Under the pieces are notes generated by a model. That model was given only the letters and a program-made list of their open reading frames with translations, searched no databases and had not been told where the DNA came from. The translations under genes and the position numbers were made by a program. Below are positions 21,182 to 34,048 of a DNA stretch of 64,000 nt, piece after piece. The stretch covers positions 554,528,001 to 554,592,000 of the forward strand of contig NC_091287.1 in assembly GCF_032444005.1 (NCBI RefSeq). The letters run 5' to 3'. The DNA is from Ranitomeya imitator. Taxonomy: Eukaryota. The first letter of the stretch is position 1, and each line of letters opens with the position of its first letter.

Positions 21182-23244
21182 GAACCTGAAGTTGCTCTTC
21201 TTTTGATTAACGCGTGCATCATGCCACAACAATGACCTCACGCCAGGCTAAAAAGGAAAGCCGAGGACACCAGCAAAAAACAGTTGCTACTCCCTGTCCC
21301 GTCAAGCGGAAGCAGATCTCTATTATGGCCGATGGAATGGGATGTGAAAGTTCATTTGCACCAACTGTAGTTGAGACTATTTGACCATGAGTAAACTGGA
21401 CATCCCGGACTATAGATCTCGAAGTCAATGCTTCCATTGGAGACCGATGACTATGTGGAGTTTGTACAGAGCTTTTCATCCAGTCATAGTTTATAACTAA
21501 ATACCATTTTCTTTTTTTACATTTGGGTATTTTTATGTTTTGCCTTTCCATCTGATGTGTAAATTGTGTGAATGTTAGAGCTTTTGTTGTTTCCCCAGTG
21601 GACACTGTAAATTGATGTAATAACAAGTTCCATATGTACGTAGGCGTGCGCTGCATATTTTACTGTACAATCAAACAGTCAATGTTTTAATATTTTAACA
21701 AACAGTGAAGCGGAGAAAGTACAGATGGAATATATATATGGCAGGGGCCGTGTCGTAACATTTCGAATAGAACCAAATCCTGACAATCAACGATTGTACA
21801 CATGTGACTAATTAGCGCTTTATGGAAACGCTCCAGCTCTATTGCCTTTTCTAAAGCCCATTTAAACCACGTACTTTCTGGTGCGCAATTTCTAGTTAAA
21901 ACAGATGCCGGTATAATTTCGCCATCTTCATAATTACTCCCTTCCACTAAAAAAAACCTCTGTCTTGGCTCAACGTCCATTGGCGCACATTGTGCAAAGT
22001 TGTTGTGTCCTTCAGAACCATACGCTTAGCGCTCGTAATCCAACTCCTGACAAGCGCATTTTGTAATGTTTGTTCTTATTCTCTTGGATTAATGTATGCC
22101 CAAAATTATGTGCACCCCTCCTAATTATTGATCTACTGTGACAGGTGCATGGAATCAAGCTCACAGTCACGCGACTTCCATCGTATTGGTCATACTGAAG
22201 AGTTCAATCACATTTAACGAGGCACAATCATAAGTTACTACATTCACCACATCATTAAATTACATTTCTGTTCTTCTAGATTTGCTCCCATGACATTTTA
22301 TAGCTACTTTGGTGCAAAAGTTCAGCTAAAAAGTTGCAGCCCATACAGACCTACGGGGCACTTGGCATATAAAATGTAACTGTCTCTCCATTACGTTATG
22401 TACCAGAGTAACAATCTCCCATTTGAAGTGGCATCAGCACAGGAGATTTTCTTCAAAAATTGGGTCTGAAGTGTATGATCAGCATGCTCAATGCCAGGCA
22501 GCTGCAGGGTGTGGTGTAAAGCATGTCGTCCTTGGACTCTAATGTAGTGGAAACGTGTTTTACGGACTGAAAAAAAAAATCACCTGTCAGTATTTGTCTG
22601 ATACATAAAGATGAGCAAATCTTTTGAAACTTAATTTAAAAAAATAATCAATTTGCAGCAAATCTCAATCATTGCAAAGTTTCCATTTGCCCTGAAAACA
22701 CTTGTATAACACTCTGTGGTCTCCTAGGACTGCAGGGAACATTTTTCAAGCTCAGTAATGCAAACACAGGTGGCAGCTATTTATCACTTTAGTGCTGTAA
22801 TATGTTATCAGTGATTTAAAGATTTCTATCTCTATGGCTAAGGTGTGATGTCCTCTCATTATCCATGTTCACCACAAAATGTCAGCTGCATTCCCTGCCT
22901 CGGCTTTTATTCTGGCTATAAAAGGCCCTCTTGACTGATTGACAATTTGTGATAGTGGCCAGCCTTTAAGGGGAAACTCATGTGGGTGCATCTGTGGTTA
23001 TGTGAGCCGTCTCTTTCTCATGCAATGTTCTGTTTTGTGTAAAAGAGAGGTGGAAATTTTGGGTGGCAATTTTTCCGGGTTCAGAAAATTTGCCAAAACC
23101 TGAAACTAATTCAATTTGCTCAGCTTTACTTATGTCCCAAAATGTACTGTATAGTGCCCATAAAATGTGGTGGAGGAGGTGTTACAGACTGGGCATTTTT
23201 TTCAGGTCTGGCCCTTAATGAAGAATAATATTAACCCCTTCCCA

Positions 23245-23803
23245 ATTGGACAATTTTCAGTTTTTTTCTTTTGTTATTGCCTCCCCTTCTTCGGACAGTT
23301 TTCAGTTTTTGCTTTTTGTTTTTGCCTTCCCTTCTTTGGACAATTTATAGTTTTTTCTCTTTTGTTATTGTCTCCCCTTCTTTGGACAATTTTCAGTTTT
23401 TTCTCTTTTTGTTATTGCCTCCCCTTCTTCGGACAGTTTTCAGTTTTTTCTCTTTTTGTTTTTGCCTCCCCTTCTTTGGACAATTTATAGTTTTTTCTCT
23501 TTTGTTATTGCCTCCCCTTCTTTGGACAGTTGTCAGTTTTTGCTATTTTTGTTTTTGCCTCCCCTTCTTCGGACAATTTTCAGTTTTTTCTCTTTTGTTT
23601 TTGCCTCCCCTTCTTCGGACAATTTTCAGTTTTTTCTCTTTTGTTATTGCCTCCCCTTCTTTGGACAATTTTCATTTTTTTCTCTTTTGTTTTTGTCTCC
23701 CCTTCTTCGAACAGTTTTCAGTTTTTGCTCTTTTTGTTTTTGCCTCCCCTTCTTTGGACAATTTTCATTTTTTTGTCTTTTGTTTTTGTCTCCCCTTCTT
23801 CGG
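23245..23803. repeat. 46-47-bp pyrimidine-rich minisatellite (~12 units; two more at ~24880-24962)
   Basis: GGACA recurs at 23524, 23571, 23617; unit TTTTCAGTTTTTTCTCTTTTGTT(A/T)TTGCCTCCCCTTCTT(C/T)GGACA(A/G). Confidence 0.92.
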
Positions 23804-23804
23804 A

Positions 23805-24880
23805 TAAAAAAGGGGACAAAGAATTTACCATCAAATACTTCATTACTTGCTCTACAACAGGGGTGATATACACTATAAAATGTCCGTGCAAAAAACTGTA
23901 TGTGGGGAGGACTAAACGGCCCTTGAAAGTGAGAATTAACGAACATACTCGCAATATTAAAAAACAAATTTCTGGGCCATCCCCTTTCTAAGCACTTCAT
24001 AGAACACCATAATGGAATAGTCCAACAGATGGAGATAGTGGGTATCACAACAGTACACCACCATTGGAGAGGAGGCAACTATATCAAAGCTATGTCTAGA
24101 GCGGAGACAAAATGGATTTTTCTATTAGATACCATTGTACCCAGAGGACTTAACAGTGGAGTAGAACTTTTTAGTTTTCAATAATCAAGTTGATTGCTTG
24201 AGGAGATATAAGGACAATTATTCGGGGTAAGCACCATCCCTGAGGAAGGAGACAGACGTCTCAGAAACGCGTTGGTTATTGGTCCTTACTGCGTTCCGTA
24301 CACACCTTCGGGTCACCACAGCATCACCACAGCGTGAGTTACAACGTCACGAAGGTCCTGCAGACGAGCCGCTTTCACCGCTCGCACCACATGCGGCGTC
24401 TGCTCTATTGGATCCCACTTCCAACCTGAAGCTCTGCAAGGAATGGCTGCCACCGGCCGGGGCAGCTCTTCATGTTGATTCAAACTACTTACCTCTACCC
24501 ATCTCGTTGCTGATCATCAGGATTCTTTTCATCCCCATTCTATATTGCTTCAGCACCAGGGGTAAGAACTGACTTATTTTTAATTATATGCTACGTCTAT
24601 TCATGATTTGTGCGTTACAATTAACACATTTTTTTATAGCGGTGGGCCCTCTGTTGTTTTCACTATTGGCCCAGTGCACCTTTACCAACGAATATTGAGA
24701 TTGGTTTTCTCTGCTGACATTATTTGGGCTGTTATTCAGCGTGAATCTGTGTATACAGTTGTATATACATTTTTACATGTCTTTATCTGTATAAAAAAAT
24801 TTGTGGTAAATTGTTTGATTCGCAGCAGAATATCTAAGCTTTGTGACACCTTGCGCCACTTCTTTACACGTTTTTATAGT
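23805..24880 (+). mobile_element. 5'-truncated Penelope-like element: GIY-YIG endonuclease remnant (23805-24183) plus pseudo-LTR
   Basis: ITCSTTGVIYTIKCPCKKLYVGRTKRPLKVRINEH...HF...AETKWIFLLDTIVPRGLN; one frameshift near 23985; hammerhead motif follows. Right boundary inferred from resumption of the 46-bp array. Confidence 0.85.
24233..24283 (+). ncRNA. Degenerate minimal hammerhead ribozyme motif
   Basis: CC-CUGAGGA-A-G-GAGAC(AGAC)GUCUC-A-GAAA-CGCGU-U-GG; stem II closing pair mismatched and cleavage triplet GUU. Confidence 0.6.
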
Positions 24881-25033
24881 TTTCAGTTTTTGTTCTTGTT
24901 TTTACCTCTCCTTTCTCGGACAGATTTCAGTATTTGCTCTTTTGTTTTTGCCTCCCCTTCTTGTAAGAGCCATTTATTTTTTTGCTGACTTTGCCATATG
25001 AGGGCTTATTTTTGCAGAACAAGTTGTAGTTTT

Positions 25034-27992
25034 ACATAGTAACATAGTTATTAAGGTTGAAGGAAGACCATAAGTCCATCTAGTTCACCCCATAGCCTAA
25101 CCTAACATGCCCTAACATGTTGATCCAGAGTAAGGCAAAAAAAAACATGAGTAAACTCCACATTGGAGAAAAAAATTCCTTCCCGACTCCACATTCGGCA
25201 AACAGACTAGTTCCCTGGATCAACGCCCTATCAAGGCATCTAGTGTACAGTTAGGTCCATATATATTTGGACAGAGACAACATTTTTCTAATTTTGGTTA
25301 TAGACATTACCACAATGAATTTTAAACAAAACAATTCAGATGCAGTTGAGGTTCAGACTTTCAGCTTTCATTTGAGAGTATCCACATTAAAATTTGATGA
25401 AGGGTTTAGGAGTTTCAGCTCCTTAACATGTGCCACCCTGTTTTTAAAGGGACCAAAAGTAATTGGACAGATTAAATTATTTTAAATAAAATGGACATTT
25501 TTAGTACTTGGTTGAAAACCCTTTGTTGGCAATGACTGCCTGAAGTCTTGAACTCATGGACATCACTAGACGCTGTGTTTCCTCCTTTTTGATGCTCTGC
25601 CAGGCCTTCACTGCGGTGGTTTTCAGTTGCTGTTTGTTTGTGGCCTTTCTGTCTGAAGTTGAGTCTTTAACAAGTGAAATGCTGCTCAATTGGGTTGAGA
25701 TCAGGTGACTGACTTGGCCATTCAAGAATATTCCACTTCTTTGCTTTGATAAACTCCTGGGTTGCTTTGGCTTTATGTTTTGGGTCATTGTACATCTGTA
25801 GTATGAAACGACGACCAATCAGTTTTGCTGCATTTGGCTGGATCTGAGCACACAGTATGTCTCTGAATACCTCAGAATTCATTCGGCTGCTTCTGTCCTG
25901 TGTCACATCATCAATAAACACTAGTGACCCAGTGCCACTGGCAGCCATGCATGCCCAAGCCATCACACTGCCTCCGCCGTGTTTTACAGATGATGTGGTA
26001 TGCTTTGGATCATGAGCTGCACCAAGCCTTCACCATACTTTTCTCTTTCCATCATTCTGGTAGAGGTTGATGTTGGTTTCATCTGTCCATAGAATGTTCT
26101 TCCAGAACTGTGCGGCTTTTTTAGATGTTTTTAGCCTTTTTCTTCTTGATGCTTATGAGTGGCTGCACCGTGCAGTGAACCCTCTGTATTTACTTTCATG
26201 CAGTCTTCTCTTTATGGTAGATTTGGATATTGATCCGCCGACCTCCTGGAGAGTGTTGGTCACTGGGTTGGCTGTTGTGAAGGGTTTCTCTTCACCATGG
26301 AGATTATTCTGCGATCATCCACCACTGTTGTCTTCCGTGGGCGCCCAGGTCTTTTTGCATTGATGAGTTCACCAGTGCTTTCTTTCTTTCTCAGGATGGA
26401 CCAAACTGTAGATTTTGCCACTCCTAATATTGTAGCAATTTCTCGGATGGTTTTTTTCTGTTTTCGCAGCTTAAGGATGGCTTGTTTCATCTGCATGGAG
26501 AGCTCCTTTGACCGCATGTTTACTTCACAGCAAAACCTTCCAAATGCAGCACCACACCTCAAATCAACTCCAGGCCTTTAATCTGCTTAATTGAGAATGA
26601 CATAACAAAGGGATCGCCCACACCTGTCCTTGAAATAGCCTTGGAGTCAATTGTCCAATTACTTTTGGTCCCTTTAAAAACAGGGTGGCACATGTTAAGG
26701 AGCTGAAACTCCTAAACCCTTCATCCAATTTTAATGTGGAAACTCTCAAATGAAAGTTGAAAGTCTGAACTTCAACTGCATCTGAATTGTTTTGTTTAAA
26801 ATTCATTGAGGTAATGTCTATAACCAAAATTAGAAAAATGTTGTCTCTATCCAAATATATATGGACCTAACTGTATATACCATGTAACATTATACTTTTC
26901 CAGAAATGTATCCAGTCCCCTCTTAAATTTAAGTAATGAATCACTCATTACAACATCATACGGCAGAGAGTTCCATAGTCTCACTGCTCTTACAGTAAAG
27001 AATCCGCGTCTGCTTTTATGCCTAAACCTTCTTTCCTCCAGACGTGCAGGATGCCCCCTTGTCCCTGTTTCAGGTCTATGATTAAAAAGATCATCAGAAG
27101 GGTCTTTGTACTGTCCCCTCATATATTTATACATTAGGATAAGCTCACCCCTTAGTCTTTACTTTTCCAAACTAAATAGCCCTAAGTGTAATAACCTATC
27201 TTGGTATTGCAGACCCCCCAGTCCTCTAATAACCTTGGTCGCTCTTCTCTGCACCCGCTCCAGTTCAGCTATGTCTTTCTTATACACCGGAGACCAGAAC
27301 TGTGCACAGTATTCTAAGTGTGGTCGAACTAGTGACTTGTATAGAGGTAAAATTATATTCTCCTCATGAGCATCTATGCCTCTTTTAATGCATCCCATTA
27401 TTTTATTTGCCTTTGTAGCAGCTGCCTGACACTGGCCACTGAATATGAGTTTGTCATCCACCCATACACCCAGGTCTTTTTCATTGACAGTTTTGCCCAG
27501 AGTTTTAGAATTAAGCACATAATTATGCATCTTATTACTTCTACCCAAGTGCATGACCTTACATTTATCCCCATTAAAGCTCATTTGCCATTTATCAGCC
27601 CAAGCTTCTAGTTTACATAAATCATCCTGTAATATAAAATTGTCCTCCTCTGTATTGATTACCCTGCAGAGTTTAGTGTCATCTGCAAATATTGAAATTC
27701 TACTCTGTATGCCCCCTACAAGGTCATTAATAAATATGTTAAAAGAAGAGGGCCCAATACTGACCCCTGTAGTACCCCACTGCTAACCGCTACCCAGTCC
27801 GAGTGTGCTCCATTAATAACCACCCTTTGTTTCCTATCCCTGAGCCAGCTCTTAACCCACTTACACATATTTTCCCCTATCCCCATTATTCTCATTTTAT
27901 GTATCAACCTTTTGTGTGGCACCGTATCAAAAGCTTTTGAAAAGTCCATATACACTACATCCACTGGGTTCCCCTGGTCCAGTCCGGAACTT
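25034..27992 (-). mobile_element. Decayed 5'-truncated CR1 LINE interrupted by a Tc1
   Basis: Tail ACATAGTAACATAG at 25034; RT fragments VDVVYMDFSKAFDTVPH, QGSVLGP, FADDTKL, LVRPHLEYCAQFWSP in several frames. Confidence 0.9.
25248..26873 (-). mobile_element. Full-length Tc1 (1626 bp) with inactivated transposase (26517-25501)
   Basis: TA TSD; ~222-bp TIRs CAGTTAGGTCC...; MRSKELSMQ...KGFSTKY with frameshifts; second catalytic Asp is Tyr (QMYNDPKH), DD34E spacing. Confidence 0.94.
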
Positions 27993-30900
27993 ACTTGAAA
28001 TTGAATGGCGCTATTTATTTTATTTCTTAGCAATGTACTGTATTTTTCAGATTAAAAGATGCACTTTTTTCTTCCGAATTAGTGAGGAAAATGGGGGTAC
28101 TTCTTATAATCTGAACTGAGCTTACGGGGGTGGTGGCGGTGAAGAGGGATCACAAGAGGCAGGGTCCCTGCTTCAGGAGGCCAGCGGTGGCAGAAGAGAG
28201 GTGATGCTGCAGTGCTTGGACTCTCAGAAGATGTCAGCGCCGGTAAACAGAGTCCCCTTTCCTGTAGATTTCCCTGCGGTGTGCTTCAAGAAAATGGTTG
28301 CCAAAGCCAACGCGTGTGGCAATCTCAATCTCAATTTAGGTGGCCATTTTCCCAAAGGTCACCACTGTCATCTTATAAGAGCCCAGGCACCGCAGCATTG
28401 CCCCTCTCCTGAAGCAGCGACCTCCTGAAGCAGCGACCCTGTCTACTGTGACCCCACTCTACCACAGCCGCCTAAAAGTTAAGCTACTGCTAAAATGGAC
28501 TACAAGACCCACCCCCATTTTATTTTATTTTTTTTAAATCCCTATTTTCCACCAGACAATTTGAAGTGCGTCTTATGGTCTGATGTGTCTTATAATCCGC
28601 AAAATACAATACGGGAAAATGAGAATAACATTCAAAAAGAGGTGAAATTTCAGAAATAAAGTGCAATTCCGCAATTATTTGGATTTGTTTTTATGGCGTT
28701 AATTGTACTGTCGATAGAACTGGAGACATGATTATCCGGGTCAGTAGAATTACAGCGATAAAAAAACTTGTATAGATTTGATATAAATCATTAATAAACA
28801 AATTCAGAAATTTTGGAAAAAAAAATTAATAATAAAAAATGTCATTTATTTCATTTTTAGTTTTCTAAGACCCATATAGTTTTTATGTTTTTAGGTTGAT
28901 TTTTGCATAGTGAGACGACATTTTTATTAAAAAATGTGGGGATTTCAAATATTTGTATTTTCTATTTTATTTTTTTACATTTTTATTTTTAAAGGCATTT
29001 AATTTTTGATCAATATATTAAATATATATTTAGTCCCCTTAGGGAACCTGTGGTCATCTGATCGCTTATACTATATACTGCAATGTAACAATATTGCTAT
29101 TTATAAGACAAATCATGGACTCCTATGAAGGCCAGAGAAAGGCTGGTCTTCCTAGTAACATCATCATGGCAGACATGGGGGCACTCAACAGACCAAAAAT
29201 AAAACCATGATTACAGATGAGTGAATGGATTCTAAATTATTGAATAAGAGTTTCCTGTGACATTTTTCTCTATTCTGAGGACCGGTAAGTTGCTATAAAA
29301 ACAATAAACTATTATACTGACTTCTCCTCGGCCCACCCCATACCATCCCGTTGCCACTTGGCCCTCTTTTTGCTCTGCTTTGGACTTTTTGGCTTCCATT
29401 ACTGTCGTTCTTCACTCATTGACGTCAGTGATGCGCTGTGCGTCAGTCTGGGCCCAGTGAAGAATGTCAGTGCCGGATGTCTGGAGACAGCCGTAGAAGG
29501 GAGGAGAAAAAGTAGTAGATTGGCGAACCAGCAGCAGTGAAAGAAGCATGGCGAGAGTCAAAGGGAGGCAAATATAAGGTTTACTTACCCCGTCCTGGCA
29601 GATTTAATTTGCGAGAGTGGTTACCCAAGGTGCCAATTCAAAATTTTGGTACCCCCCCACCCCCCATTGGAAATATAATGAGAAATGGCCGTACCGACCC
29701 CTAGGAAATCTACACTGAGCAAATAACAAGCGCATCTCCTACTGGCGGTCATAAATGACCGCCACCCGGTGGGCACCGGCTTCAATCACAATAAGGTGGC
29801 CCGCTCACTGCTGAGTACAGATCACATCAACTGCTGTGCTCGGCTGCTGCTGCACTCTGCATAGGCAGCATTTCAGATGACAAAACATCCAGAGTAAGGA
29901 TCATACTGAGCACTTTCGAAGGACCCCTCAGTAATCAATGGAGCCCCTCTGCTTCCGTTTGCTTAACTGATACAATTGGATATGTTTACACATTGGTTCC
30001 ATTTGTCCTTCATGGAGCAAATAATAAACAAAATATGAATTTTGTCTGACTTTAATTACATTAGTGTTTTCTTACACATGCATAGGGAATAAGGAGTTCA
30101 ATACTGGACCCGTGGCGTGGACTGTGGGCGTGTTATTGGTCCACGGATTTGGAGGTGCAGAATACTTGTCATGCCCCCGTCACTGTCAGTCCGTTCTACA
30201 CCATGGGGAAAGATGCTTGTAATGGTGAATACAGTTTAAAATTCAATATATTTTTAAGTATACTCAATAAAAATTGTAGTTCGCACCGATCCTTCCCCTT
30301 TGTTTTCCTCCTTTTCCCCTGTAACATGAATATCTCAAATCAGAAGTGAGCGGAATTAATGGATTTAAGAAAATCTCCATTGCGCAATTTTTTTTCTAAA
30401 CCCGTATACAGATTCTCCATAGGACTGACTGGTAACTCTGTATGCAGTAAGCTCATGAGCTCCCCCTAGTGGTGGCTTCAGCCTGTGAGCCTTTATCATT
30501 TCTCTTTAGGCTTAAGCCTGTGATTTGGAGGTTTATTTCAGTAAAATGGAGTTCTGAAGTGAAGTAACAAGGACTGAAGGGTTTAAAAAATAAAATGGTT
30601 AAAGAAGAAGAGTCACGTCCTCCTCTCAAGTTTTAATGCTTATTACATTCAACTTGAAATTGATATTTTGTAACAGTTTGCTAATCATATATCACTTGGA
30701 GCTTTTTGATTTGCTTTAATAAAAGCAGTTCCTCCACCCAAATTCACATTAAAGCGACAACGCCTTGTAGCGCACGCATAGGTAAACGCTGGGTGACTGC
30801 GCTTTATCCAATGCTTTATCCTCCAGGTGATACATTGTTACCTTTTACTGGTCCCAGATTATCTTTTGTGTGTATTTTTTGCTCCTTTTATTAGATACAG

Positions 30901-31490
30901 CTGCATGAAAGGCATCAGAGAGATGAACATCAGCCTGGAGCGAAGAACAGCTGTTACCTTGTGATTTACAATCCCCGGCTTAACGGAAAAGGACGGTTAC
31001 AAGCGCTTGTAAGCCCCTCAGGCAAAAGGCCTAAAGTTGGGGGGCTTAAGAAGCGCTTCCAACCTCATAAATAGCAGTTTGCAGAGCAGAGAGTATAAAT
31101 CTTGCTTGACAGCCCACATCTCCTCACCGAAGATCGAAATCTGGGAAGGTTTTTCCTTAGCTTCATTAAGTCAGAAGATAGCAAGGTCCTCGGTGCCATC
31201 AGCACCTGCAGGAAGTAATCTAATCCTATATTACAAGGTGGAAACACCAAGGGGATCCGTTGTTGTACTTAGTTTATTGGAAAGAGGAGGAAGATGGTCA
31301 AATTCCCCCTGATGTCAGCTCGGGCCACCTTTATTGGACCAAAGCGATAACAATGTGAATTTATTTCTCCAAGGAGCCGACGGATGAGGAAAGCGACAGT
31401 GGAGCCAGTGAAAAAAAAAAAGTATTTTCTAATATTTTACGCTCAGGTCGGAGTTTATATGAAATTTATCTTTAAAGATATTTTGTGTTA

Positions 31491-33740
31491 CAGTTGTGTG
31501 GAAAAGTGTTTGCCCCCTTCCTGATTTCCTTCTTTTGCATGTTTGTCACACTCAAATGTTTCAGAACGACAAACAAATGTAAATATTAGACAAAGATAAC
31601 ACAAGTTATCGCAAAATGCAGTTTATACATGAAGGTTTTTATTATTAAGGGAAAAAAGAAATCCAAACCTACAGTACCCTGTGTGATAAAGTGACTCCCC
31701 TCCTCTAAAACATAAACTAACTGTGGTTTATCACATCACTGGGAAGGTAAGTTATAATTCCCAAGCCACGCCCAGGCCTGATTACTGTCACACCTGTTCT
31801 CAATCAAGAAATCACTTAAAAAGGACCTGCCTGACAAAGTGAAGTAGACCAAAAGATCGTTGAAAGCTAGACATCATGCCATGATCCAAAGAAATTCTGG
31901 AACAAATAAGAAAAAAAGTGATTGAGATCTGGAAAAGGTTATAAAGACATTTCTACAGCCTTGGGACTCCAGCGAACCACAGTGAGAGCAATATCCACAA
32001 ATGGCAAAAGCATCAAACAGTGGTGAATAGGGTTGAGCGACTTTTGTTTTTTTAGGGTCGGGTCGGGTTTCACGAAACCCGACTTTCTCAAAAGTCAGGT
32101 CGAGTGAAATCGGCCGATCCTATTAAAAAGTCGGGGTCAGGGTCGGCCGAAACACGAAACCCAATGCAGTGCAATGGGACACTAATGGTTCCCAGGGTCT
32201 GAAGGAGAGGAAACTCTCCTTCAGGCCCTGGGATCCATATTTATGTGTAAAATAAAGAATAAAAATAAAAAATAGGGATATACTCACCCTCGGACGCGCC
32301 CTGGTACTAACCGGCAGCCTTCCTTCCTAAGAATGAGCACGTGGAGGACCTTCGATGACGTCGCGGCTTGTGATTGGTCGCATGACCGCTCATGTGACTG
32401 CTCACGCGACCAATCACAAGCCGCGACATCATTGAAGGTCCTTCACGCGCTCATTCTTAGGAATGGAAGCTGCTGGTTACAGCGGTTAGTACCAGGGCGC
32501 GTCCGAGGGTGAGTATATCCCTATTTTTTATTTTTATTCTTTATTTTACACATAAATATGGATTCCGATACCGCAAATATCGGCCGATATCCGATACTTG
32601 CGGTATCGGAATGAAACGCGACTTTTGCGCGAAGATCGCCGACCTCATGGCCGACCCCACACAGGGATCGGGTCGGGTTTCATGAAACCCGACTTTGCCA
32701 AAGGACTTCTGAAAATGGCTGACCCGTTTCGCTCAACCCTAGTGGTGAACCTTCTCAGGAGTGGCCGGCGGACTAAAATTACTCCAAGAACACAGCGTCA
32801 ACTCATTCAAGAAGTTACAAAAGACCCCACAAAAGCATCAAAAGAACTGCAGTCCTCACTTGCTTCAGTTAAGGTCAGTGTTCATGACTCCACCATAAGA
32901 AAGAAACTGGGCAAAATGGTTTCAAGACTAAAACCACCGCAGAGCAATAAAAACATAAGAGAAAGTCTCAGTTTTGCTAGAAAACATCTTGGTGATCCCC
33001 AAGACTTTTGCCAGAATACTCTGTGGACTGACGAGACAAAAGTTGAACTTTTTGGGAGGTGTACAGTTTGTCCCATTACATCTGGCATTGAAGTAACACA
33101 GCATTTCAGAAAAGAAAAAGGAACATCATACCAACAGTAAAATATGGTGGTGGTAGTGTGATGGTTTGGGGCTTTTTTGTTTCTTCAGGAGAATGTCCAG
33201 CCATCTGTTCATGACCTCAGACTGAAGCGCACTTGGGTTATGCAGCAGGACAATGATCCAAAGCAAACCAACAAGTCCACCTCTGAATGGCTTAAGAAAA
33301 ACAAAATTAAGACTTTGGACTGGCCTAGTCAAAGTCATCACCTTAATCCGATTGAGATGCTGTAGCATGACCTTACGAAGGCAGTTCATGCTCAGAAACC
33401 ATCCAATGTGGCTGAATTACAACAATTCTGCAAAGATGAATGGCTAAAATACCTCTGAAGCGCTGTAAAAGACTCATTGCCAGATATCGCAAACACTTGA
33501 TTGCAGTTGTTGATGTTAAGCATGGCCCAACCAGTTATTAGGTTTAAGGGGCAATCATTTTTCATACAGTGCTCTGTAGATTTGGATTTCTTCTTCCCTT
33601 AATAATAAAGAACTTTATTTATAAATTGAATTTTGTGATTACTTGTGTTATCTTTGTCTAATATTTACATTTGTTTGGTGATCAGAAACATTTAAGTGTG
33701 ACAAACATGCAAAGAAGGAAATCAGGAAGGGGGAAACACT
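31491..33740 (+). mobile_element. Decayed Frog Prince-like Tc1 interrupted by a MITE
   Basis: TA-CAGTTGTGTGGAAAAGTGTTTGCCCCCTTCCTGATTTC left end; transposase from 31876 (MP*SKEI...RQLIQEVTKDP...QDNDPK...NPIEML); right TIR lacks its outer ~15 bp. Family name is from recalled motifs. Confidence 0.88.
32028..32741 (+). mobile_element. hAT-type MITE, family B
   Basis: TIR TAGGGTTGAGCGA...TCGCTCAACCCTA; 8-bp TSD GTGGTGAA (32020-32027, 32742-32749); GTCGGG/CCCGAC subterminal motifs. Confidence 0.93.
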
Positions 33741-34048
33741 ATTGAATACAACATAAACGTAGCAGAATCGCTGTGTACAAGTTCTACAATTTCCTAATAA
33801 ATGACATGATCCAGATACTCACAATCTTCAGGATATTTGACCATAGACAAGACAAATGCTTAGCAAAGGTTGTCTGCCAAAAATGCTCAAATAATGACAA
33901 ACAATAAACCTTATATATTTTTGCAACATTCACAAATAGTTAAAAAGAGGAGAAAGATAACAATGGAAATGTAATAAAATGCACTAATGACAATGTTTTA
34001 AAATTCAGCAAATTTTCATACAAAGCAGTACAAGATAAGACATATAAC

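Larger units (their letters stand above)
23235..25033 (+). mobile_element. TTAA-flanked non-autonomous element (piggyBac/Kolobok-like), left part carrying the 46-bp array
   Basis: Starts TTAA-CCCCTTCCC; hosts the Penelope and CR1 insertions; right end not found. Confidence 0.4.

Noticed and set aside
23167-23991. Phe/Leu-rich membrane-like ORFs
   Set aside because: Translations of the pyrimidine-rich 46-bp repeat; only the GIY-YIG tail is real.
29270-29292. Isolated donor CCG|GTAAGT as a host exon
   Set aside because: No convincing upstream acceptor or open frame.
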